Assembly (NCBI GenBank): GCA_028534125.1
Contig: CM052816.1
Span: 84,012,001-84,076,000 of the forward strand
Direction of reading: 5' to 3'
DNA from: Lama glama
Taxonomy: Eukaryota
Length of the DNA: 64,000 bases
The notes below the pieces were generated by a model. It was not told the origin of the DNA. It did not search any database and saw only the letters and a list, made by a program, of their open reading frames with translations. Positions 14,250 to 27,829 of the stretch are shown piece after piece. The translations under genes were made by a program, and so were the position numbers. Position 1 is the stretch's first letter; every line of letters starts with the position of its first letter.

Positions 14250-14830
14250 TTTCCTAACTTACTCAATAGATAAATTAATCACACTTGAATTCTGAGTTAG
14301 TGGCCTTGAACTTTGATGGCAAGGAATATCTCAAAACAGAGTAAAAGGACATATGACAAGAAAGAATGAGGAAAATTATTAAAAATTTAGTGAATATATC
14401 CAGAATATTTGACATAGGGATCACAATGTTTCAGAAAAGAAAATGGTTAATAAAAATAATAATTAAGTTCATAATGGAAGATTTTCCTGAACTGAAGAAA
14501 GAAGTCAGCTTATATACTGAAACAAAACTGAACCAGGTTAATTGGGATGATAAGATAGCAATCCATGCATTAGAAGAAAAAAAAATATATATCAATTACT
14601 AAGGTGAAACAACAAATTAAATTCAGAGGATAACAAGTCAAGCTGCCACTGGAATCCTCAACTGCTAAAAGTTAGGAAAAGGAGGTAGAGTTTTCAGGAA
14701 TCCTACGCTCATCTTAATCACCATTCTTCTATCAAGGTGAAAGTAAAGTATTTAAAACCAGACAATAATTCAAAGACTGCGTGTGCCATATGAAAGTGCT
14801 TGAGAAAGGCATTTAACCAAACAAAAAATG
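14250..14830 (+). mobile_element. Ancient L1/HAL1 ORF1 remnant
   Basis: The translation 'IMEDFPELKKE' resembles the L1 ORF1p 'EENFPEL' motif. Heavily degraded. Confidence 0.55.
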
Positions 14831-17800
14831 GTAAAGAAGACAGACATAATTATGAGATTATAACCAGCTGTGTAATGTATCAAATCGATGCCAAATACAA
14901 ATTGGTTTGTATTTTTTAGGTACTCAGAAATATGGACAGACTAAGTGATAAATCACATTAAAATGTAATTTTAATTTTTCAGCATTCCTTCAACAGGATA
15001 GTTTTTATGATGTATAATACTTAAAGGCATAAATAAAAGAACGAATAGTAATATATTGATTGATGCCAAATATGAAAAAGAAAAAAGGCATTATGAACTA
15101 TGAAAATTGCAAAGATTTACTACATAGCATTTGTCTTTAAAAAGTGATGTGTTTTCTTCCTGTACAAATTTTTTAAAATGTAAAAATGTTATCATTCTAA
15201 GTTTTTAAAAATAAAACTCAAGAAAGTGTGAGCATAGTCTAGGAACTATATAATTCATTGCATTTTAAAACAACATTTTATTTTTTTTTTTGCTTAGAGT
15301 GAAATTCTGAGGGACAATTGCACTAATAACAATAATTCTGTCAAAAGAAAGCAAGTATAACATTTTATATGTAATTGCTTTTTTTCTTAAAAAGAGAAGA
15401 AAAGATTACACAATTTTTGAATGAAAATTCATTTTGTGTGTGTTTATGTAAAAACATGTCTTTACAAAAGAATTCAAATGAAATACATTTATTAGGCAAA
15501 CAAATGTAAGAACTGTGAAGGATCTATTAAAAAAATAAATGAACTGATAAATGAGCTAAAGCTTTAAATTGTTTCTCAATAAAAATAATCTATGTTTCTA
15601 AGAAGAGAAATGGTACATTCAGTTAAAAAAGTTTTATCATCAAAATATTTTCAGATTCTAAATCTGTGAAAGACCACATATTCAGTGCAGTATAAATTAC
15701 ATGCACTTAAGTGATACATGCAACTTACAATGCAAATCTATCCAAAATGACTGTTGCTGTCAGTGTTGAAAATATGGCCAAGCATTTACAGCATTAGTTT
15801 TTTGGAAGAAAAAAAAAACAACTTTTGTCATTTTCTACTAGTTGTTGAGAACATGGATATAAATATTAACACCCAATTAGGTAAATGTATTAATGTTTTT
15901 CATTAACTTTTGTTGTCTATGGCAAACATGATATTAGGGAAGGATACATTTATCATTTTAGAAAAGTCTTAAAAATGTAATGTGGCCAATCTCTACCATT
16001 TGACACTTCCTGTTTGAGAAAATGAAAGCACACGACGATTTTGCAAAACATGTAAAATTTTAATCTAAAAGGCAATAATACTATGTAGAAAATGTTTTAA
16101 AAAATCAACATACAGAGCTGTTATTCATAAAACCTTAAGATGCAGGAGGAAGGGGAACTGGGCAAATCACAGTCGTAAGCAACAGGGTACATATGTGGCT
16201 ACTTTCACTGAAATAAGATGACAAAGCTTGTGAAGATATAATAACGTTCATCTTGTAATGTTTGAGATAGTTCATAACTAATAATACATATGTGGCTAAT
16301 TTTAGGGCCAATAATACTTGTTATATACAACTGGTCTTCTTACTCATGACTTTGTAACCTGTACCAGACTCTGGCCCACCCCTGGTCCAGTAAAGACATA
16401 ATCACATCATATTGGGTAAATAACTTTGGAATTTTTGCCAAATCTTGCTAGTTTTTCCAAATAGTTGAGTAAATTTTATTTTTGTTACAGATAGATTCTA
16501 TACACCTTCTGTTACTTTCTGGGCTTGAATTTTCTGTTTGCTACAACAGATTTTGCTTTGTATCATCTCTCTAGTAGTAAACTTTTGATGTACATCTGTA
16601 GAGTGCCCCAGCAAAACAAGCAAGTACGTGGAGTAAGGATTATTAACAAAACAATTCGTTTCAACTATTCTATTAAATTGAGGGTTATAAATAAAACCAG
16701 GAGGAAAAATAAGACTTCATGATGTAAAACATTTAGTGCAGAAAAAAAGATGATCCTAAACAACCCAAGGAAAACAGTTGAAGTAAACACTTGCTGATAC
16801 CTCTGACTCAGTTTTGTGTCATTAATTCTTGTCTGACAGTTTGGGGTCAGCAGGCTGCCACTCAAAGTTATCTGCTTGTTCTGCTGAGTTTGGGTTCCCA
16901 GTCTGCCCGTCAAGAATTCACCCACTTTTGTACTGATAGCGTCCTGGAGATCTTGATTCTTAAAATCCGTGACAGCTCTTTATTTTGAAGTTCTAAGGCC
17001 GTATTTGTTATATGTTTCTTTCAGAGGAATTAATAATTGGCTTCTAGGGTATTGCAGGAACCCTCAGGCAAGGTGAGGGGAAAACAAAAACTACCTACTG
17101 AGGAAATAATGGATGGATTGTGTTCTTTTATTATGGCAACTGACAATATCTGAAAGACATAGAGTGGAATCTTCTATTGGGAGTAAATATATGGATATAT
17201 CTGTAATTATTTTTAAAGACAAGGATTTTGATGTAAGACTGTATTCTAGACTTGGAAGAACTGGCAAATGTCTAGGGATTTTCCTTTCATCCTAAAGGAT
17301 TTGAACAACAGTCATCACTCAAAGACAGATGTTTTAAGACTAGCAATTAAACATTTTATGTGATTTTATTGAAATCATTTATTCATGTTTAAATATTTGT
17401 ATGCACACTCCAAAAAAAGGAGGAATAAAATCACTGAAATCTAGTTTAAATAATACCTAAGCTATATGAGATTAGCTTAGAAAATACTGCTTTTTGTCTC
17501 TGATTTGATTTGAGAGACTTCCTACATTGAATGTTCAAAAGGAAGCAGGCTTATAATACTTTCAAGTCAATAAAAACATTTGGAGTGCACCAAACATACT
17601 ATTTATTTCTATCATTCTTTCTTTTATAAAGTGAAGGAGTACACTTTGGATGCTGAATATCAGCTATATGGGTAGCATTTAATAAAATTTATATGGAGAG
17701 GAAACTTCCATGTAAGTTTTGAAGTTAATTCTTCCAAATTTAAAAACCTGTGATTGATTACAATTCACATAATTTGCGTTATCACTGAAATTTAGAAAAA

Positions 17801-18774
17801 AAATTATTTTTATTGACATATTAAAATGTACTGATCTTGGGAGAAAAATAATTTGGGGAAAAATAAAACAAATGTCAGCAGAGACCAGTTATTCAACTGA
17901 GGGAAGATTACTGGTGCCAGAGTATAAGGAATTTTTATTGAATGATTCCTTAACCAGGGTTATAATAGTATTAAAGTATTAAAAGTAAGCATGGCAGAAA
18001 TTAGCATTATGATCATTAAAATGTTTAGTTTTCCCAAGGTGATGAGTCTTCATTGTATGATTTCAGAAAACCTATATTCATGTTAAGAAGCGACATACAA
18101 GCAGAAATTAAGTGACTTGAGAATTGAAAGTAGACGTCCAGGTACAGGAATGAAACTTGAGTTACCAGAGTGGAATATAGAGACTGCTGACTGGAGTGAG
18201 AGCTGCCCTGGTTCCTGGAGGGCACCCACCAAGGAACAGGGGTGGGAAGGCCAGAATGAGAAGTGAAACTAGGGGTGAAGGCCAGGGAGAAGCAGGTGCT
18301 CTGCAGTGGCCAGGAAAGGTCCCCACGCTGAGGTGAAGGCCTGCCCTGTTACATCAGCACTTTCTGCTCTGTCTCTGCCCGGCTCTCTCTGACTGGGACC
18401 CAGGCAAGGGCGACACCTCTCTTCAGGCTCTGTGGTGCTCTGTGGTGCTCTGGGAGAGAGCACAGGCGGGCCAGATCTCTTTGTCCATATTTGCTCTTTG
18501 CCTGACAGCAGGTCTGAGGAGGTCTTCTGCTGAGCCCTGGGTGCCAGCTGGTTTCACTGCCTGCACGTAGCCTGTGAAAGGAAGGCCAAAACCATAAAAC
18601 AGTGGTCTGAAAGAAGCAGGGTTCCAGGCATCAAGCCCAACAATGATAGGATGTTTCTGGCCTCCCAGGGACCAGGGTGCCAGGGCCAAGGGGTGCAGAC
18701 GTAGGGATGTTGCTGGGGACCCGGGGGATGAGTTCATAGGAAATCCCCAACTCCTGGGTGTGCAGCACCAAACT

Positions 18775-19310
18775 CACTTCTGAATATCTACTCAAATGCT
18801 TAAAAGCAGAATCTCAGAGACATTTGTACAAACGTGCTCATAGCAACATTATTTAAAGAGCCAAAAGTTGGAAACAACCTGTGTTCATCAACATATGCAT
18901 GGAAAAATAAAATATGATACATATATAGGATGGAATATTATTCAGCTTTAAAAAGGAAGGAGACTGTGACATGTTACAGCATGAATGAACCTGAGGACAT
19001 TATACTAAATGAAACAAACTAGGCACGGAAGGATAATTATTGTCTGATTCCACTTTTGTGCAGTACTTAGAGTAATCAAATTCATAGATTCAAAGTACTG
19101 TGGTGATTGCCAGTGGCTGGGGAGAAAGAGGAGTGGGGAGATGACATTTCATGGGTATAGGGTTTCAGTTTTGCAAGATGAAACAAGAGCTGAAAATCAG
19201 CTGCACACAATGTGCACATAACACTACAGAACTGTACACTTAAAATGGTTAAGATGGTAAATTTTGTTATGAGTATTTTTATCACAATTTTTTAAATTTT
19301 AAAAATTAAA
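18775..19310 (+). mobile_element. L1MB-like ORF2 end and 3' UTR
   Basis: 'gccaaaagttggaaacaacc…tggaatattattcagctttaaaaaggaagg…gaactgtacacttaaaatggttaagatggtaaatttt'. Confidence 0.85.
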
Positions 19311-21399
19311 GAAAGTAGCATATACATATTACAATGAAGAAAAGACTTTCACCTATGACCTTTTTTCTGTTTTGTTGAGCTGGTCAGACAGAATTTTATT
19401 ATATTCTCACATAGTTGATCTACTATGGTAGGTATTTGGAAACACATAAATAGTAAGGTAGATTTTAATATTGACCTTGGGACTCTGGTTTAAGACGTAA
19501 GGTTTTATACCAATAGATGGCATCCCTGTAAATACAGGAAAACCATTGAACAATTTAAGCAGTGGTATCTTGTCCATTTACATGAGATAAGTAATGATTA
19601 TTTTTCCTCAGTCAGTTTTTAAATAAATGGTGTCTGTCTATATCATTACGTTTTCACTAAACATAATCTTCCTAATGGCAAATGAGTGAATTCTCATGTA
19701 GATTCTTGGAAGGTGAAAATATGCAATGAGCGACTTTTAAGCTTTTAGTTTGTTTAAAGAAAAGTGAACTCATTAGTTGATTAGAAAGTTATTCAATAGA
19801 ATAGGGTGAGGATCTAAAACTCTGAAACTTAGGCTGGAAAAGACGTGACTGACTTACAACAGGGAAGGTTACCACTGGTGGAGTTTTTTGGTTATTATAA
19901 ATTACAAAGCCCCTTAAACACGAAGATATGCAGTAGTTAAGTCTTTATATCAGTACTCACTTCCACAATTACAAGTTTCATCTATTAAAATTTTAAAACC
20001 TGTACATATTATCTCTCTGCTTGTTCTCTCTCTGCTTCTGTGGATGAGACTGAGATATTTTTATACCTATGACAGAGAAATATGAATCATTTTATCTTCC
20101 TTATTCACTCAAAGAAAAATTAAATTAACAAGAAGAAATGTGTTTATTTTAAGGGCACATGTTTCCATATTTATTTTTAAAAATTGCCTTACCTCTTCAC
20201 TAAGTGTACAGAGTGGCTCACCGCCTAGTTAATTATTTGGTTGTGCTGTTTTATCATTTAGTGCTGGTTGGTATCAATAAGGTAGCTAACTTTTCAAAAT
20301 CATTCAAAAATTTAAAATTTGAGTGAAAAGTTAAATATTCTTGGCAGATAATGTGAAGGTGATGACAGACTCTTCACTCTGACAATGGCATTCTTTCAGA
20401 ATCGAAATCACTTTGACTTCTTTTTCAGTGCTTCAAATTGTAAAACTCCATAACATTTTTTGATCTGACCAGGAATTCTATCAGGGAGATGCACTGCCGT
20501 CTTCAACTGTCAAGTAATTTATTATCTAATATTAGAGCAAGAGATATTTAAAAATAAATGGATATCTTTTCCTACCAAGTGCATTAGACATCTCATCTGA
20601 CAAATTTAAAATTGATATTTATAAACATGAGGGAAAGATGGCAAGATAGCAAAGTTTAAATTCACTCTATTCTATGAACCTATGGTATAATGAGCTGTCA
20701 TGAATGCCAAAAGCAATCATTGCCTGAATTTCTATTGGCTTTGAACCTGGGGAATGGTCCTTTTTACTGTTTCTGTTTTTCATTCTCACTCACCATCAAT
20801 TTTTTTTTGAGGTTTTAAGATACAAATTTTAACAACACATAGTACAGAAAAAACACCTTCAGAATATTTTCCATAGTTTACAAGTCACATACAGTCCTCT
20901 CATGACTATCCCAATCTTATCTTCTACACTTGAATAATGTATATGGTGTTATCAATGCTTCCTTTTAGGTCGGTACAGATTGTCATTCATATTGAATGCA
21001 TGAAAAAAAGTAGGCAAGTCTCACCCCTAAAATTATTAAATCTGTATTTAAATTAATTTTAATTTATTAACAGTGGAAAAGCATATTACTTGCTAAGCAG
21101 ACATCATAAGAATATATTAACTCCCTTGACAAATGCAACTTGACAGAGATATTTGAAATCATAGAATTGCTTAATACTGAAACATTTTTTCATAGAGAAA
21201 GCTGTTCCTCATATTACTTGAAAAACATGAGAGGAGAATTAGAAAATGATATTTGCTGAAACACACACAGTACTCTGTATCATCTCTCGTGAGGTTAATG
21301 CATATCAGAGTAAAAATTGTACCAGAGTTCATGAAATTCATGGAATGGTTTTATTTACACATGGTTTTTATTTTATGTCATTTTTAAAAGCATGATGCA

Positions 21400-22033
21400 G
21401 CATTTTAGAAGTACAGGATTGTATAAAGAATGATACAACAAGCACCAATGTGCCCACAACTGAGGTTTAAATGATAAAATAATAGAAACAGCTTTAAATT
21501 TTCCTGTGTAATGCTCCTTGGTCTCCACCTTAACTTCCCTTCCCATCCTACTCCATCCAAGGTAAATAAATACTCTCCAGAGTGCATATTTCTCCTTTGC
21601 CTACATTTCTTCAGGTCTTTGCTACATATATTTGTAAATAACTGTATAGTATGATTCTGCATATTTTAAATGTTATGTTATTTAAAATTGGGTGCCCATT
21701 GCATTCCATTTTGTCTAGGAATATGGATTATTTTATGTCATAAATCTACTAGGATATATTAAAAAATTTTATGTTGGTTAACATTTAGATTGTTACTGAT
21801 TTTTTTTTTAATGCAAACAGCAATGGTAAGAACATTTCTGTGACTCCTTGGGCACAGATGTGAGTTTCTCTAAGGTAGGAACACAATTACTATTTGTTGA
21901 ATAAGAGTATTTTAAAATATGCCAGAGATTGCCAAATCTCTTCCAAAAGCTGAAAACATTTACAATTGAAACGCTATTGTGTAAGTGTTTTCCTATTTCT
22001 ACGTATTTGACAATACTTAGTAGAGTTGTACTT
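21400..22033 (-). mobile_element. Old L1ME-like fragment (host of the MER20)
   Basis: Antisense L1 3' motifs 'gaacatttctgtgactccttgggcaca…tttctctaaggta…gagattgccaaat'. Continues after 23680. Confidence 0.55.
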
Positions 22034-22094
22034 TAATGGTTCTCAATGGGGATAATCCTGCCCAAACAGGGTATTTAGCAATAGGTGGATTTTT

Positions 22095-22796
22095 TTTCCT
22101 AGTGTGGTCCCTGGAAATTTGTTTTGTGTGTGTGTAAAATATACGAAACATAAAATTTACCATTTTTACTATGTTTAGGTGTATAATTATGTGGTATTAA
22201 GAATATTCACATACTGAACAGCCATACATCTCCAGCATTTTTTATCTTCATAAACTGAGCCGCCGTACCCATTAAACACTAATCCCCCTCTTCCCAGCCC
22301 TTAGCAACCACCGTGCTACGTCCTGTCTCCATGAACCAGACTACCCCAAGTGCCTCCTGTAAGTAGAATCGATCTGTAATTGTCATTCTGCTCCTGTCTT
22401 ATTTCACTTAGCAAAATGTCCTCAGATTTTTTCATGTTGTTACTTGTATCCCAATCTCCTTTCTTTTTAAGGCCAGATAATATTCTATTATGTGACCATA
22501 GCACATTTTGTTTACCTATTCATCTGTTATTAGAAACTTGGGCTGTTGCCACATTTTGGCTATTCTGAATAATGCCTTTACAACATAGGTGTACAAATAT
22601 CTGTTCATTTCCCTACTCTCAATCTTTGCGGTATATATTCAGAAGTGAAATTGCTAGAACATTCAGTAATTCTATGTTTAATTTTTCGAAAATGTCATGT
22701 TTTTATGTTACATTGTATCAGCAATGCACAAGTGTTCCAATTTCTCTACATTCTCATTAATGCTTGTTCTTTTTTATTTTAAATAATAGTCATAAT
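22095..22796 (-). mobile_element. L1MB-like 3' end inserted in MER20
   Basis: 'cataaaatttaccatttttact…cttatttcacttagcaaaatgtcctcag…agaagtgaaattgctaga'. Confidence 0.85.
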
Positions 22797-22880
22797 TATC
22801 TGGAGGTTTTTGATTGTCATGACCTGCGAGGTGCTGCTGATACCTATGGGTACAGTTTGAGGATGCTATTAAACATCCTA

Positions 22881-23590
22881 TATGATCCAGCAATCCCACT
22901 CCTGGGCATATATCCAGAGGGAACTCTAATTCAAAAAGATACATGTACCCCAATGTTCATAGCAGCACTATTTACAATAGTCAAGACATGGAAACAACCT
23001 AAATGTCCATTGACAGATGACTGGATAAAGAAGCTGTGGTATATTCATACAATGGAATACTACTCAGACATAAAAAAGAATAAAATAATGCCATTTGCAG
23101 CAACATGGATGGACCTGGAGATTGTCATTCTAAATGAAGAAAGAGAAAGAAAAGAGAAAGAAAAATAGAAAGAAAAGAGAAAGAAAAAGAGAAAGAAAAA
23201 TACCATATAATATCACTCATATGTCAAATCTAAAAAAAATTAAAAAAACAAAGACAATTGAACTTATTTACAAAACAGAAAGACTCACAGACATCAAAAA
23301 CAAATTTATGATTACTTGGGGGAGGGAAAGGGGTGGGAAGGGAGAAATTGAGAGTTTGAGACTTGCAGATACTAACTACTAGATATAAAATAGATAATCA
23401 ACAAGTTTACACTGTATAGCATGGGGAACTATATTCAATATCTTGTAGTAACTGATAATGAAAAAATTATGAAAACAAATATATGTATGTTCATGTATGA
23501 CTGAAACATTATGCTGTACACCAGAAATTGACACAATATTGTAAACGGACTATACTTCAGTTTAGAAAAAAAGAAATAAAAGGCCAAAAA
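22881..23590 (+). mobile_element. Young 5'-truncated L1 (ORF2 C-terminus, 3' UTR and A-tail)
   Basis: Open translation YDPAIPLLGIYP…CTPMFIAALFTIVKTWKQPKCP…WIKKLWYIHTMEYY is the L1 ORF2p C-terminus. Followed by an A-rich tail. Approximate TSD aaacatccta/aaaatccta. Confidence 0.95.
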
Positions 23591-24229
23591 AAATCCTAAA
23601 ATACACAGAACAGGCCTCACAACAAAGAATATCCAGCCCAAGGCATCAATAATGCCCATTTGAGAAACCTTGCTTATACTTGATTATTTTTTAAGAAATT
23701 CATGAGTATAAAATGTCATCTCACTATTTATATACTTAGAGAGAGAAAGATAAATAGATATTTACATTTATAGACATAATATAGTCTTTGTTATGAAAAA
23801 ATTGTCAATTCCATACAAAATCTTCATGGAAAATTTATTTGAGTTACATTGAAAGACTACATTTATCAAACTGTAAAGTCAGTCTTTACAGTTTGAGTTT
23901 TTTAACCACAAATGAATAAATATCTGCATTAATTTAGGTCTCCTTTTATGTTAGTGTTAATTCATATCTTTATCTTCTTTAGTCATGCCACAATTTTAAG
24001 AAACTTCAACTGCCCTTGTGTCTGTTTCCCACCTTCTGAAGTATTGATTTTGGTATTTAATTTAAACTTGTTTAAAATTGTAAGTATTTATTATTGTATT
24101 CTATTAATAATGATGAGTTATCAACATTTTGTCAATGTCTTTTTTATCATTGCATCTTGCATCCCACTGCTATATTCAGATATTATTTTCCTTTACATTA
24201 AATTTATCTTTACATTTCTCACATGGATT

Positions 24230-24545
24230 AATAAAAGAAACATTTTGCAAGGCATTAAAGAGAATAGACAGATTTTATACAACCGAATGACAGTCATGTT
24301 GACAGCAACTTTTCACAAACAATAACAGGAACCAAAATACAATAGAAGGATCTAAAGTCTTAAAGGAAATAATTGTTATTAGAATTCCATACCCAAGTAG
24401 ATTGTCAATTATAGTGAAGATAGAATAAATACATTTCAAATAGAATGAGAGTGTATTACTAATAATTCTTCCCTTTAGATATTTGACATCAAAGAAAATA
24501 AAATTAGAATGAAGCAGTGTCAAACAAGAAGCAAAAATGGAAAAG
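24230..24545 (+). mobile_element. Ancient L1 ORF1 3' remnant
   Basis: 'ttgacagcaacttttca…aaagtcttaaaggaaa…tagaattccatacccaagtagattgtc' resembles the ORF1 C-terminal region. Confidence 0.55.
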
Positions 24546-24574
24546 AATAGTGTTGTAGTTGCTGTTTTTTATTA

Positions 24575-24873
24575 TTGTTTTTATTTATTTTTAGTTTTTA
24601 ATTGAAGTATTAGTTTCTGGTATATAGCATAGTGATTCAGCTGTACATTCATATACATATTCTTTTTCATATTCTTTTAATTACAGGTTATTACAAGCTA
24701 CTGAATATAGTTTCCTGTGCTATACAGTAGGACCTTATCTATTTTGCATATAGTAGTTTGTATCTGCTAATCCCAAATTCCTAATTTTTGCCTCCCTGAT
24801 GTTTTCCCCTTTGGTAACCATAAGTTTGTTTTCTCTAGCTATGAGTCTGTTTCTGTTTTGTAAATAAGTTTAT
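24575..24873 (-). mobile_element. Cetartiodactyl-type L1 3' end
   Basis: 'attgaagta…tttcatattctttt…ttggtaaccataagtttgttttct…gagtctgtttctgttttgtaaataagtt', related to 3621-3980. Confidence 0.85.
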
Positions 24874-25343
24874 TCTGCTAGTGACTCAGTGTGTTTTTCA
24901 AATTGAAAACAAATGCATTTCTTTAATTCAGGAAAAATCTTAGCCATTACATTTGTGTTCTATTTTTCTCTGTTACTTAATTCATAATTTAAGTCTTCCA
25001 ACCTCTCTTGTTTCTTTTGGTATTCTAATTGTGCATAGCTCTGAGCACCTTATTATTTACCTTTTACTAATTGTGTTATTTAAAAATCTTTCACCATTGT
25101 ATGCTAATTTTCCATTTTATTATTTTCAGATCTGCTATTGTTTGCCACTGTTTTTGCAACCTTTTTATTCTATAGTTCAGTTCAGGCTCCAGATGTATAT
25201 ACTACAAGGATGATTTCCTGTATTTTACATGGTACTTTTGCACATACATTTTATCTGGTAGCTATATTCTACCACAAATCTGGGTTGGTGATCAGAATTT
25301 TTCAGATTGCCATAATTGAATGCCAGAAAAAATGCAGTACATA

Positions 25344-25820
25344 GTAATAGGGAAGAAAAAATTTGACTCCACATTGGATCTATTTCTTTTACTTTAATCT
25401 TTGTATTCTATTGCTTTTGCTACAAATTAACCCCTAAAAGGATGTTGCCTATAAACTTAAATTATACATAGTGGCTCATTTCTGGGCATCCTGCCTTCCA
25501 AGTAATGAGTTTTTAAGCTAAAATACCTTTGTTTAGCTCACAGGGAATCTCCTGACCCAACCCACCCGTAAATGGCTACAGGAGAGAAGAAATTAACATG
25601 TCCTCTCCAAAGTCTGACCAGAACTAGGATTTTATCTGCTCCCCTTTCAGTATAAAAGAAGCCTGAATTCTAACTCAGAGAAGACGGTTCTTTGCAACAT
25701 TAGTCCACCATTTTCTTGATCTGCTGGCTTTTCAAAGAAAGTTGCTATTCCTAGCCTCAACAGCTTGTCTCTCGATTGATTAGCCTGTCATGTGGCTGGC
25801 ACTATGAGCCTGGCCTCACA
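25344..25820 (+). mobile_element. MER41-like ERV1 solo LTR
   Basis: 'ttgactcca', a TATA box in 'tataaaagaagcctgaattctaactc…gttcttt…agtccacca…ctgctggctttt' and the end 'gcctgtc…'. Probable 4-bp TSD cata/cata. Confidence 0.7.
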
Positions 25821-26454
25821 CATATACCCTTGAACCTGTTCTAACCCTTCACACATGATTCTGTGGTTCACAGCTCATTGTAGTTTCTGTGGCTTCTAAT
25901 TCCAAACACTGCATGGTTAAATTTTCCCTCTTTCTGGTAGGGGGGCATAGAAACTCTTGCTTTTGATATTGGCTATATGTATCATTAATTTATAAAATGT
26001 TCTATCTAGGAGAAATACATTCTGTGTGTGTGTGTGTTTTCCCCCGCGCGCATGTGTGTGTGTGTGTGTGTTCAGACTATCATGCTGCCTAAAAGCCCCT
26101 TCTTCATTTATCTTCTGTTTATTTATTTACATGGACAGAATTGGCAAGGGTAACTGCCTGACACAGGTTTATATATTTAGTAAATGATAGATTTAAAATT
26201 ATAATCTAAATTTCTTGGCTCCTTGTTGAGTGATTCTGACTTTCTGTACAGTAACACACTATGTACTCTCTACAAACAATTTTCATTCAAAGGAAAAAAT
26301 TAACAATGTATCTAATGCTTCATGAAGTTTCACATTGAATTCCCATGCATTTTAAACAAATGAGATATGTTTCTACAAATGCTGTTCAGACATCTAATCA
26401 GTTATCTTAACTTTTTAACCCCTTGATGATGTTTAAAACAAGATCATTTAGTAT

Positions 26455-26810
26455 ATGCTCCGTGCACTGAATGTTTATGTTCCCCCTCAATTTCATAGGT
26501 TGAAATCTTAATCACAATGTGATGGTATTTGGAGGTGGGGCCATTGGGAGGTAATTAGGTCATGAGGATGGAGCCTTCATGAATTAAGTGCCCTTTTAAG
26601 GGACCTAGAGCTAGCTAGTACTGTCTTCACCATGTAAAGATAATCAGCAATCTGAAACCCAGAAGTGTGCCCTCACCAGGACCTGATGATGCTGGTACCC
26701 TGACCTCCCTGATCTCAGACCTCTAGCCTCCAGAGATATGAGAAGTAAATTTCTATTTTGAGGAGCCACCCAGTTTACGGTACTTTGCTATAGCAGCTCA
26801 AGCTAAAATA
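26455..26810 (+). mobile_element. MLT1A-type MaLR solo LTR
   Basis: 'ctgaatgtttatgttcccc…ggtatttggaggtggggcc…gatctcagacctctagcctccaga…gccacccagtttacggtactttg'. Confidence 0.85.
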
Positions 26811-27829
26811 CTCTACTTTTTATGATAAATGAGAAACTTTTTTCTAATTTGAAGCATACTTAAGGAACAAATATAAAGTGAAAATTTTCACTTTTGCCAA
26901 GTTAATTTGAAAAATGAATTACTGTGTATGTAATACTTTTAAACTCATCATGTAAGATGTCAGAAAATGAATACAGTAATTTATGTGATATTAGCAATTT
27001 AGTAAAGAAATAACTATAGCAAAAATAACAGCATTTGCTTTTCAACAGAAACCAACTACACAAATCTGTGTATAGTTGAGAGCTGTGTCCCTGATTCTTC
27101 AAAGGAAAATACATCATATTTCGTCATGTTCCCATAAAGCTTCTGTTGGCTTTTATACAGAAGGCAAATTGTTGTGATAAGTTTTCAGCAAACCACACTG
27201 TAGAATTTTTAAGACTACTTAGGGACTTGCAGCTAGTAACAATGAGGTTTTAAGACAGATTGTCTAACCATGACCAGGTCAGTAACTTGGACATAGAAGT
27301 CAAAAAAATTAATGCAAAGTAATTCTAAATGAAAGCTAAAACAGGGATTAAGGAATTTGCTATGTCTTTTAAAAATAGAAAATGAAAAGAAATGACAAAC
27401 AGTGAAAAGAAAAATATTGTAAAAGAGAATAATAGAACTGAAACCTGGAAATTACTGTATTGCAACTTGAATCAGATAATAAATCAATTTTCAGTAACAG
27501 TCTCTTTATTAGCCAGTTATTCAGCTAACATCAGCTAACATTTGTTTGTCTGATTTGTTCCATGAATGCTTGAGTATGTATATGTGTTGTTTAGTGTTTG
27601 TATTAATGATGGTATTGATTAGTGTGTGTAGTATGTGTGATGTGAAGATATTTCGGTGAACAAACCCATACTCAACTTACTCACCTATGTGACCTCAGAC
27701 CCAAGACGTATTACCTTAAATGAATATATATTAATATTTAATAGATAAGTAAATCTATATGGGTGCAGGTTTGAAACTCACCATATATCCAAGGAGAAAC
27801 ATAATTAATTTCCAAAAGCAGTAGTCTCT

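Larger units (their letters stand above)
22034..23672 (+). mobile_element. MER20 (hAT-Charlie) DNA transposon in three pieces: 22034-22082, ~22797-22880 and ~23591-23672
   Basis: The pieces are collinear with the MER20 consensus: 'tggttctcaa…atttagcaat' | 'tctggag..ttttgattgtca…ggatgctattaaacatccta' | 'cacaacaaagaatatccagcc…ttgagaaacc'. Degenerate 8-bp TSD ttgtactt/ttatactt. Confidence 0.85.

Noticed and set aside
22764..23168. 134-aa ORF
   Set aside because: It is a chimera of MER20 sequence and the L1 ORF2 C-terminus, not a host gene.
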